The notes beneath the pieces were generated by a model. That model saw only the letters and a program-made list of their open reading frames with translations, was not told the DNA's origin and searched no databases. A DNA stretch of 64,000 bases from contig JAABRO010000012.1 of assembly GCA_011390885.1 (NCBI GenBank), positions 12,979 to 76,978 on the forward strand, given 5' to 3'. This stretch comes from Gemmatimonas sp. Lineage in GTDB: Bacteria > Gemmatimonadota > Gemmatimonadetes > Gemmatimonadales > Gemmatimonadaceae. Below, piece after piece: positions 19,652-28,665 of this stretch; within the stretch, counting starts at the first letter, position 1, and each line of letters starts with the position of its first letter. The translations under genes and the position numbers were made by a program.

Positions 19652-22099
19652 ATGCTTCGATCGTTCGCCCTCGCGGGTGAGCGCGCGAGCCGTGCGCTGT
19701 CGCCTGTCGCGACCGCCACCGCTGCGCGCTGCCGCCGCCTTTCGCACGTCACGTTCGTCACCGCCCTCGCGCTCGCCACGAGCGGCCTCACCGCCTCGGC
19801 GCTTCGCGCGCAGGGCCCAACCGGCCAAGGCTGGCTCGACATCACGCTGGTCACGGGCGCGCGTGAACCGGTGGCCGGCGCCATCGTTTCGCTCACGCCG
19901 GCCGCGCGCGGTCCTGTCGCCGGCCAGAGCGACGAGCGCGGGCGCCTCACGCTGGGCCCCGTCGCGGCGGGGCGTGCGGCCGTGCAGGTGCGTCGGCTCG
20001 GGTTCGTCACGCATGACACGGCGGTGCTCATCGCGGCGGGGGACACGCTCCGCCTCACGGTCTCGCTCGTGGAGTCGGCGCAGTCGCTCGGCGAGATCCG
20101 CATCGTGAGCCTGCGCGGCGACCTGACGCCCGAACAGCGCGTGGACCGCGAGCAGATCGCGGCCTCCGTGCCGCACGACGCCAGCGAGGTGCTGCGGCAG
20201 CTGCCGGGCACCGATGCCATGCGCCGCGGCGCGCTTGGCCTCGACCCCGTGGTGCGCGGCCTGCGCGACACGCAGCTTGGCGTGTACGTGGATGCCGCGC
20301 GCACGCTCCCCGGTGGACCGGCGGGCATGGACACGCCGCTCTCGCACGTGGACCCCGCGCACGTGCAGAGCATGGAGGTGATCACGGGGCCCTACGCGCT
20401 CACGTGGGGCGCCGGCAACCTCAGCGCGATCCGCGTGGTCACCAACGCGCTGCCGTCCGCGAACGCGGCGCCGGTCGCCGCGCGCCTCACGAGCGGCTAC
20501 GACGGCAACCTGGGCGCCAGCGAGTTCGCCGGTGTGCTCGAGGGCGCACTCGGCCGCGAGGGGCGCGTGCGATACATCACCAGTGGCGCGTGGCGCGAGG
20601 GGAGCGACTACACGGCCGGTGATGGCACGACGGTCGCCTCCGGCTTCCGCTCCGCCGAAGGGCGCGCGAAGGTCGGCGTGCGCACGGGCACCAACGGACT
20701 CTTCTCGGTGATGGGCGCGTTCCAGGGGCAGCGCGACATCGACTACCCGGGTCGCCCGCTCGACGCCAGCTACTTCGATACGTACCACCTGCAGGCGGAG
20801 TGGGCGCTGCGTCGCGCCCCCGCGGCTGCCGGCGCGTCTGCCTTCCGCGTACGCGACGTGGACGTGATGGCCTACGTGTACGACGTGGACCATCTCATGG
20901 ACAACGACGACAAGCCGACGGCGCTGCCGAATCCGAACCGCATGCCGCCGTTCGCCACGAAGATCAACACCTGGTCAGGTGTGCAGGTGCGCGGCGCGCG
21001 AGCGACGGCGCGGATCGACGCGCCGGCCGGCTGGGCGCTCGAGGTGGGTGGTGACGTGTACGACGCCGATCACGAGGCGCGCCGCGAGGTGGATCGGCGC
21101 GACAACGGCCTGCCCGTACGACGCGACCTCATCTGGGGCGGCGCGCGCATCATGGATGCCGGGCTGTTCACACGGGCCGAGCGGTCCTTCGGGTCGGCAC
21201 GCGTGGCCACGACGGTGCGTGTGGACGTGGTCGAGGCCGACGCCGATTCGACGAGCGCCTTCTTCGCGCAGCAGTACGGCAGCGACGTGTCGTCGTCGGA
21301 GGTGAACTGGAGCGGCGCGGCCACGGTGCGCGTGCCGATCACGCAGCGCTGGGCGATCACGGGCGGTCTCGGGTCGGTGGTGCGCACGGCGGAGGCCAAC
21401 GAACGCTTCAGCGATCGCGCGGCGGCCAAGCGCGCGCAGACCAACGCCGAGTTCATGGGCGATCCCACGCTCAAGCCGGAGCGCAGCACGCAGGCCGACC
21501 TGTGGCTCGAGGCGCAGTATCCGAAGTTCGCCGTGCAGTTCAACGCGTTCGTGCGCCGGCTCGACGATTACATCACCATCGCGCCCACCAATCTCCCCAA
21601 GGCGCAGCCCGGCAGCCCGAACACCGTGTTCCGCTTCGTGAATGGTCGCGCGGACTATCACGGCGGTGAACTCGTGCTGACGTCGCCGATCACATCGGCG
21701 GTCACGCTCGGTGGCTCGCTGGCGTACCTGCACGGCGACGATGTCACGCTCGATGAGCCCGCGCTCGGTGTGACGCCGCTGCGGGCCGACCTGCGCGCGC
21801 GGCTCGAGCCGGTGGCGAGCCGGTGGTTCGTCGAGGCGGCCACGCACATGGCGGGTGAGCAGACGCGCGTGGCGACCACGCGCGGCGAGCGGGCGACCGC
21901 CGGCTGGACCACGGTGGACCTGCAGGCCGGCTACCGCCTGCGCGCGGCCACGCGCGGTGAGATGCTGCTGCGCGTGGGAGTGCGCAACCTCTTCGATCGC
22001 AGCGTGGTGCAGCACCTGACGGCGATCGACGCGTTCACGGGCGGCCGCATCCAGGAGCCCGGGCGTGTGCTGTTCGCGCGGGTGACGGTGGGGATCTGA
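19652..22099 (+). CDS. TonB-dependent outer-membrane receptor with an N-terminal carboxypeptidase-regulatory-like domain.
   Basis: ATG at 19652 (MLRSFAL...). Signal ending ASALRAQ. CarboxypepD_reg-like segment (ITLVTGAREPVAGAIVSL...DERGRLTL). Plug motifs (DASEVLRQLPG, DPVVRGL, MEVITGPYALTWGAG). Long beta-barrel region. Confidence 0.85.
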   Translation: MLRSFALAGERASRALSPVATATAARCRRLSHVTFVTALALATSGLTASALRAQGPTGQGWLDITLVTGAREPVAGAIVSLTPAARGPVAGQSDERGRLTLGPVAAGRAAVQVRRLGFVTHDTAVLIAAGDTLRLTVSLVESAQSLGEIRIVSLRGDLTPEQRVDREQIAASVPHDASEVLRQLPGTDAMRRGALGLDPVVRGLRDTQLGVYVDAARTLPGGPAGMDTPLSHVDPAHVQSMEVITGPYALTWGAGNLSAIRVVTNALPSANAAPVAARLTSGYDGNLGASEFAGVLEGALGREGRVRYITSGAWREGSDYTAGDGTTVASGFRSAEGRAKVGVRTGTNGLFSVMGAFQGQRDIDYPGRPLDASYFDTYHLQAEWALRRAPAAAGASAFRVRDVDVMAYVYDVDHLMDNDDKPTALPNPNRMPPFATKINTWSGVQVRGARATARIDAPAGWALEVGGDVYDADHEARREVDRRDNGLPVRRDLIWGGARIMDAGLFTRAERSFGSARVATTVRVDVVEADADSTSAFFAQQYGSDVSSSEVNWSGAATVRVPITQRWAITGGLGSVVRTAEANERFSDRAAAKRAQTNAEFMGDPTLKPERSTQADLWLEAQYPKFAVQFNAFVRRLDDYITIAPTNLPKAQPGSPNTVFRFVNGRADYHGGELVLTSPITSAVTLGGSLAYLHGDDVTLDEPALGVTPLRADLRARLEPVASRWFVEAATHMAGEQTRVATTRGERATAGWTTVDLQAGYRLRAATRGEMLLRVGVRNLFDRSVVQHLTAIDAFTGGRIQEPGRVLFARVTVGI

Positions 22100-22103
22100 G
22101 GCA

Positions 22104-22154
22104 CAGACACGAAGGCCGGGGCGACGTCGTGTCGCCCCGGCCTTCGTGTGTCTG
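22104..22154. terminator. GC-rich hairpin between convergent genes, a candidate bidirectional terminator.
   Basis: 17-bp perfect stem ACGAAGGCCGGGGCGAC / GTCGCCCCGGCCTTCGT with a 5-nt loop, extended by CAGAC/GTCTG with a 2-nt bulge. Lies 5 nt after the TBDR stop and about 40 nt from the stop of the convergent gene. Confidence 0.6.
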
Positions 22155-22192
22155 CGTGCGTGCGGACGCGGAGACGCGCCGCTACCGCATCA

Positions 22193-23482
22193 CTACCGTG
22201 CCGCGATGCGCGCCGAGAAGCCCACCGGCAGTCCGAGCCGGTAGCGCGCGTTGATGGCCGTCGCCGCCGCGTCGGCGAGGATCGCCTGCCCCTCCGCGCT
22301 GGGATGCACGCCGTCGAGGCTCATGTACGGGCCATAGGGCTGGAAACTCGTCATGAGCTCCCCCACGCTGAACGGGCCCTTGAGTCCCGGCTTGCCGTAG
22401 AGCGCATTCAGCCGGGCGTACGCCCAGCCGCGACGCTCCGCCTGCAGGCGGATGTAGCCGTCGATCTGCGCGAGCAGCGCGTTGACCTTGGCCGCCTCCG
22501 CCGGCGTGAGGGTGTAGTCCACTGCCGTCGGGTCCGTGCTCGCCGTGCAGGAGAAGAGGAACGGCTGCTTGGTCTGGTTGGCCGTCGCGATCGCTGTGGG
22601 GACACGCGTCGGTACGAAGATCAGGTTGGGGCTCTCCTCGCAATCCGGCTGGATCAGCACCCCGAACGTCTGAAACTCGGCGCTGTTCATCCAGAGTTCG
22701 TGCCCGGTGCGGAACGCGGGGAAATCCGCCACGTCGTCGATGAGCCCCATGAGCAGCGCGCCCGAGTTCACCGTGCGCGCAACCCGATCGAGGATGACGT
22801 CGTAGTCCGCCGCGAAGAAGGGCAGCGGCACCACGTTCTCGCCTGGCACGAAGCGTCCCTGCGTGCCACCGAGCACCTCGTTGGCGCCGAGTTCCACGGA
22901 CACGAACTTGGGATTCTGCCTCTCCATCGCCATGACCTGCGTGGTGTTCGGCGGGAGCACGCGAGCATAGAGTTGCTTGTTGCCGAGGTCAGCGGTGTTC
23001 TCGGGCGTGGTGCGCAGGGCGTCTGCGGCGCGGGCCGCGTTCATGGCCGTGTTGGCCGCCGGGACCTGCGCCGAGGGCGCGAGCGGGGCGCAACCGAGCT
23101 GCGGCGCCGGAATGCCCACCGATTCCTTCGAGATCCGCTCAAAGGTGATCAGCGGCGCGCGAAACGGCGACCGGCACCCGGGGAAGCCGATGTACGGCGC
23201 CGACATCTCGCGGCCCGCCCGCCGCGCGAGCTGCAGCGGCCAGGCCATTCCCTGTGACGACGCGATCACGCCTTCGGAGGCCCACCCCATGCTCACGCTG
23301 GTGCCGATGGCGACGTAGCGATGGAAGACGCCACGCGCGGCCTGGGATTCGTTGCGTGAGAAGGCGGGAGCGTCGGGTCCGGTGAATGGTGAGGCGTTGG
23401 TACCGGTGTCGCCGCAGGCCGCCAGGGCGACGGATGCCGCGAGGGCGATGCCGAGCGGGAATGAGCAAGTGGGAAGGGGCAT
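22193..23482 (-). CDS. SGNH/GDSL-like hydrolase lipoprotein (putative).
   Basis: ATG at 23482. Lipoprotein signal MPLPTCSFPLGIALAASVALAAC. Block-I-like AIGTSVSMG, block-III-like VELGANE, block-V-like DGVHPS. The family assignment is tentative. Confidence 0.6.
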   Translation of the reverse strand: MPLPTCSFPLGIALAASVALAACGDTGTNASPFTGPDAPAFSRNESQAARGVFHRYVAIGTSVSMGWASEGVIASSQGMAWPLQLARRAGREMSAPYIGFPGCRSPFRAPLITFERISKESVGIPAPQLGCAPLAPSAQVPAANTAMNAARAADALRTTPENTADLGNKQLYARVLPPNTTQVMAMERQNPKFVSVELGANEVLGGTQGRFVPGENVVPLPFFAADYDVILDRVARTVNSGALLMGLIDDVADFPAFRTGHELWMNSAEFQTFGVLIQPDCEESPNLIFVPTRVPTAIATANQTKQPFLFSCTASTDPTAVDYTLTPAEAAKVNALLAQIDGYIRLQAERRGWAYARLNALYGKPGLKGPFSVGELMTSFQPYGPYMSLDGVHPSAEGQAILADAAATAINARYRLGLPVGFSARIAAR

Positions 23483-23744
23483 GTGCAGGTGCCTCGTCGT
23501 GGGGGAAACGCGCTGCCGGTGCGCGACCGGCGGCAGGAACACGATGCAACCGCTGAGTCCGTGCGACATCAGGGTTTCCGTGACACGAACCCAGCCGTTC
23601 GGTGACAGTCGCCTCCGGCGCTTCGTGATGCACGGCACGGCGGACGCCTCCGCGACGCGTGCATGATGACGCTGTCGAACGTCAGAGCCCCCCGGATCTC
23701 CGGTGCTGCCGTCCGACACGATCAACCCTCCTGGAGCATCCCGC

Positions 23745-24500
23745 ATGTTCACGCGTTCCCACCCGGCCGTTCTCGCCGTCTCCGCGCTTGGCGCGGCGCT
23801 GTTCCTGTCCGCCTGCGGTTCCGACAATCCGTCCGGTCTCGATCAATCCCTCGCCGGCGGCTCCGCCGTGGGCAGTCAGCTCGGTGCCACCGCCGCCACA
23901 CGGGCTTCGGCCTGCAACGGCACGCTCGGCGCAGTCACGGTGGAGCTCGTCTCTGTGCCGGTGGGTGCGACGTGCGTGCTCGAGGGCACGCGCGTGCAGG
24001 GCGACGTGAAGGTGGCGCGGAACGGCAGCCTGACAGCCACGGGGGCGCGCGTGGCCGGCAACGTGCAGGCGGAAGACGCGCGCGCCATCACGCTGCTCGA
24101 GTCCACCACCGTGATCGGCAACGTGCAGGTGAAGCGGTTGGCTGCGGTGCGCGTGGAGAACTCCACGATCGACGGTGACCTGCAGCTCGAGGAGGCCGGT
24201 GCGTCACTCGTCGCGAGTGGCAACCGCATCGGCGGCAACCTGCAGCTCACGAAGGCCGGTTCGGCGAGCATCGCGAGCACGTTCGTGAACGGCGACCTGC
24301 AGCTGGTGGAGAACAGCGGCGCGCTGTCGTCGACGGGCGCCGATGTGCGCGGCAACTTCCAGGTGTTCAAGAACCTCGGCGGCGTGCGGCTGGTGAACAA
24401 CCGCGTGGCCCAGGTGCTCGAGTGCAAGGAGAACCTGCCCGCCCCGACCGGCTCGGGCAACGTCGCCGGCGAGAAGCTGGAGCAGTGCCGCGCGCTCTGA
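23745..24500 (+). CDS. Lipoprotein built of about seven 19-20-aa 'G(D/N)(L/V)Q(L/V)' repeats (predicted beta-helix/solenoid).
   Basis: ATG at 23745. Signal and lipobox MFTRSHPAVLAVSALGAALFLSAC. Repeats GDVKV..., GNVQA..., GNVQV..., GDLQL..., GNLQL..., GDLQL..., GNFQV... at a regular spacing. Confidence 0.65.
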   Translation: MFTRSHPAVLAVSALGAALFLSACGSDNPSGLDQSLAGGSAVGSQLGATAATRASACNGTLGAVTVELVSVPVGATCVLEGTRVQGDVKVARNGSLTATGARVAGNVQAEDARAITLLESTTVIGNVQVKRLAAVRVENSTIDGDLQLEEAGASLVASGNRIGGNLQLTKAGSASIASTFVNGDLQLVENSGALSSTGADVRGNFQVFKNLGGVRLVNNRVAQVLECKENLPAPTGSGNVAGEKLEQCRAL

Positions 24501-24518
24501 GCACGCGCGCGGCCTGCA

Positions 24519-25639
<1,121 letters not shown>

Positions 25640-26509
25640 TCACGCGAGCGCGTCGTCCGCGCGATGGGCGAGCACGGTGACCTCGTCGCCCACGTGGATC
25701 TCGCCGGCGTGGGCATGGGTGGCGTTCATGCCGAACATCACGCCCCCCGATGCGGCGCGCCGGTAGAGCGCCAGCGTGCGCAGCGGTTCGACGCCCTGCG
25801 CGAGCGAGTGCTGGTCGATGGTGGTGACCGCGCAGCGCGGGCAGGGGGAGCCGACGCCGATCTCGACCTCGCCGATGCGGATGTGCGCCCAACGGTCCTC
25901 CTCGTGCGGCGCGGTGGTGCCGAGCAGCACATTCGGCCGGAATCGTTCCACGCCGAGCTTGGCGCTGCCCGCGTCCGTGAGCCGCGCGTTGAGGGCGTCG
26001 AGGCTCGCCGCGCCGAGCAGCAGCAGCGGCGCGCCGTCGGTGACGCTCACGTCGCGTCCGGTCGCGTCGAGCGGGCCGGCGTACTTGGCCGCCAGGGCGC
26101 GGTGCGACGCGGCGGTCCAGTGCATGAGACGACAGGACACGCCCACCGCCTCGGTGCACCACGCCGCGGCGGCGTCGCCGGCATCGGCGAGCGCGACGTC
26201 GTCGTCCCACACGCGCACGGTGCGCAACGGCGCGCTCGGCGGCGCGGGGGGCACCACGAGCTGCACGGCGCCGTGCCGATGCAGGGTGAGTGGCGCATCA
26301 CCGGCGATCGCTCCGTCGTGCATGGGCAATTCCGCGCGGATCCGCGCCAGTCGCGGCACTTCGCGCTGCGTGAGCGCCACGCCGTGATCATCCATCAGCA
26401 GCCAGCGGCGGTCACCCACGGCCCCGAGCGCGTCGAGGCGCAGGCGCTGCACGCGCACTGGCGCGGCACCCTTGAGCGGGTGTACAAAGAGGTCGGTGAC
26501 GCGCGGCAT
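25640..26509 (-). CDS. MOSC domain protein (YcbX-like, with N-terminal MOSC_N beta-barrel).
   Basis: MPRVTDLFVHPLKGAAPVRV...GDRRWLLMD...ERFRPNVLL...SPCPRCAVTTIDQ, with the conserved Cys in PCxRC. Confidence 0.85.
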   Translation of the reverse strand: MPRVTDLFVHPLKGAAPVRVQRLRLDALGAVGDRRWLLMDDHGVALTQREVPRLARIRAELPMHDGAIAGDAPLTLHRHGAVQLVVPPAPPSAPLRTVRVWDDDVALADAGDAAAAWCTEAVGVSCRLMHWTAASHRALAAKYAGPLDATGRDVSVTDGAPLLLLGAASLDALNARLTDAGSAKLGVERFRPNVLLGTTAPHEEDRWAHIRIGEVEIGVGSPCPRCAVTTIDQHSLAQGVEPLRTLALYRRAASGGVMFGMNATHAHAGEIHVGDEVTVLAHRADDALA

Positions 26510-26570
26510 GACCGATGGCTCGGAACGATGGGGATCGGGGACGGTACGCAGGAGGCAGGAGGCCCGCCTG

Positions 26571-27410
26571 ATGGCAGATCATACGCCCGAGAGCACGATT
26601 CCGCAGGCACTCGGCCGATCCGAGCCCGGGTCGTCACCGCCGCCGGCGCATCGCGGCGGCCGCTGGCGGTTGCGCCTGCGCGTCACGTGGGCGGTGACGT
26701 CGATCATCCTCACCGAGAGCGTGATCCTCGGCCTGTCGGTGCTGCCTGCCGTCTCGTTCTGGACGTGGGTGTACCAATGGCGCATGATCCCGGAGTGGGC
26801 GCAGGTACTCACGATGGCCATGGCCTTCGTGCCCGCGTATGTGCTGTTCGCCACCAGCGTGCTGCTCTACTCGGCGCTCGTCACGCGCCTGTTCGGCTGG
26901 CGCACGCGCCCGGGGCTCGCGCTGCCGCTCGCCGAGATGTCCTGGCCGGTGCTCGACTGGGGGCGCTACCTCATGACGATTCATGTGGCGCGCACCTTCG
27001 CCGGCCCCGTATTCCGGTCCACGCCCATCTGGACCGTGTACCTCCGCCTCAACGGTGCGACGATCGGGCGTGGCTGCTGGGTGAACAGCCTCAAGCTCAT
27101 GGATCACAGCCTGCTCGAGTTCGGGGATCGCGTGACGATCGGCTCGGACGCGAGCGTATCGGGGCACATGATCGAGCATGGCCTGCTCAAGACCGCGCCG
27201 GTGCGGTTGGGCCGGCACGTCACCATCGGCATCAACAGCGTGGTGGGCATCGGCACGACGGTCGGGGACCACACGCAGGTGGGCGCGTTGAGCGTCGTGC
27301 CCAAGCATTCGCACCTCGACGCGAACGCGGTCTACGCCGGTGCGCCCGTGCGCTGCGTGAAGCGCGGCGGCGTGCGAGTGAATGACGCGGACAGCGACGA
27401 CGTCGCGTAA
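26571..27410 (+). CDS. Membrane-anchored left-handed beta-helix (hexapeptide-repeat) protein.
   Basis: ATG at 26571 preceded by GGAGGCAGGAGG. About 4 hydrophobic segments sit in the N-terminal half. The C-terminal half carries hexapeptide repeats (GATIGRGCWV, FGDRVTIGSDASV, LGRHVTIGINSVV, VGDHTQVGALSVV). Confidence 0.75.
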   Translation: MADHTPESTIPQALGRSEPGSSPPPAHRGGRWRLRLRVTWAVTSIILTESVILGLSVLPAVSFWTWVYQWRMIPEWAQVLTMAMAFVPAYVLFATSVLLYSALVTRLFGWRTRPGLALPLAEMSWPVLDWGRYLMTIHVARTFAGPVFRSTPIWTVYLRLNGATIGRGCWVNSLKLMDHSLLEFGDRVTIGSDASVSGHMIEHGLLKTAPVRLGRHVTIGINSVVGIGTTVGDHTQVGALSVVPKHSHLDANAVYAGAPVRCVKRGGVRVNDADSDDVA

Positions 27411-27436
27411 CGACGCCCCGCGACGACGCGGTGGTG

Positions 27437-28540
27437 CTACGCCCGCGCGGTCCGCGCGCCGGCGAGCGCGGAATGCACGCTCACGAACTCGCCCACGTTC
27501 TCCATGGTGAGCAGACCGACCAGCTCGCCGCCGGCGATCACCGGCATGGTGCGCACGCGCGACTGCTGCAGCCGCGCGAGCGCGACGTCGAGCATCTCGC
27601 GCGGATCGGCACGCGGCACGTCGGCCTCCATGGCGTCCACCACGCGCTGGTGATCGGTGCGCTTCGCGAGCGCGGCGAGCAGCGCCTGACGGGTGAGCAC
27701 GCCCAGCACCCGTCCCTCGTCGGCCACCGGGAAGTCCTGCTGGCTGCCGGCGAGCAGCAGCTCGACGGCGCGCGACAGGGGGTCGCTCGGTGACAGCGCG
27801 CGGAAGTCGGTGATCATGGCATGCGAGACGGGAATGCCGTCGAGCGCGCCCTTCATCTGCGCCGCCGCCGACTCCTGCGACGCGCCGATCCACACGAACA
27901 GCGCGATGAACATGAGGAACGGATTCGTGAAGAACCCGACCACCGCGAACAGGGCGGCGAACGCCTTCCCGACCGTGGCGGCACGCGCCGTGGCGCGCGC
28001 GTAGTCCATGCGCATCGCGAGCAGGGCGCGCAGCACGCGCCCGCCGTCCATTGGGAAGGCGGGCAGCAGGTTGAAGGCCACGAGCATCACGTTCACCGCG
28101 AACAGCTGCTCGAGGAACCCCGGCGACGCGCCCGCCTCGACGGCCAGCGCCGTGCTCGTGAGCGGGCGCCCGAGCAGCTGGAGCGTGATCGCAAGCAGGA
28201 GGGCGATCACGACGTTCACGGCCGGCCCCGCGATGGCCACCAGCAGCTCCTGCCGCGGCTTGTCGGGCATGCGCTCGAGCCGCGCCAGCCCGCCAATGGG
28301 CAGCAGCGTGATGTCGCGCGTACGGATGCCGTAGCGGCGGGCGGTGAGCGCGTGCCCGAACTCGTGCAGCACGACACAGCCGAACAGCGCCAGCACGAAG
28401 GCCACGCCGCTGAGCGCCGCCGTCGCGCTCTGCTCGGTCGTCCACGTGGAGAGGCCGATCCAGATGAGCAGCGCGAGGAACGTGACGTGGATCTGCACCG
28501 GGATGCCGGCGTAGCGTCCGACCGGGATCGACCACTTCAT
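27437..28540 (-). CDS. Site-2 protease family (M50) zinc metalloprotease with a C-terminal CBS pair.
   Basis: ATG at 28540 (MKWSIPVG...). HEFGHALTARRYG (HExxH), LLPAFPMDGGR, multiple TM segments. The C-terminal CBS-like region ends in LLTMENV. Confidence 0.9.
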   Translation of the reverse strand: MKWSIPVGRYAGIPVQIHVTFLALLIWIGLSTWTTEQSATAALSGVAFVLALFGCVVLHEFGHALTARRYGIRTRDITLLPIGGLARLERMPDKPRQELLVAIAGPAVNVVIALLLAITLQLLGRPLTSTALAVEAGASPGFLEQLFAVNVMLVAFNLLPAFPMDGGRVLRALLAMRMDYARATARAATVGKAFAALFAVVGFFTNPFLMFIALFVWIGASQESAAAQMKGALDGIPVSHAMITDFRALSPSDPLSRAVELLLAGSQQDFPVADEGRVLGVLTRQALLAALAKRTDHQRVVDAMEADVPRADPREMLDVALARLQQSRVRTMPVIAGGELVGLLTMENVGEFVSVHSALAGARTARA

Positions 28541-28665
28541 GCGCGCGGATGGACAGGGGACACGTGAGCGCAACGACACGACGCGGCGTCGTGCCTGCTT
28601 CGCAATATACCGCCCGACCCCTACATTCCGGCCATGCACCCGACGTGCCCGGCCCTCGCCTTCGC

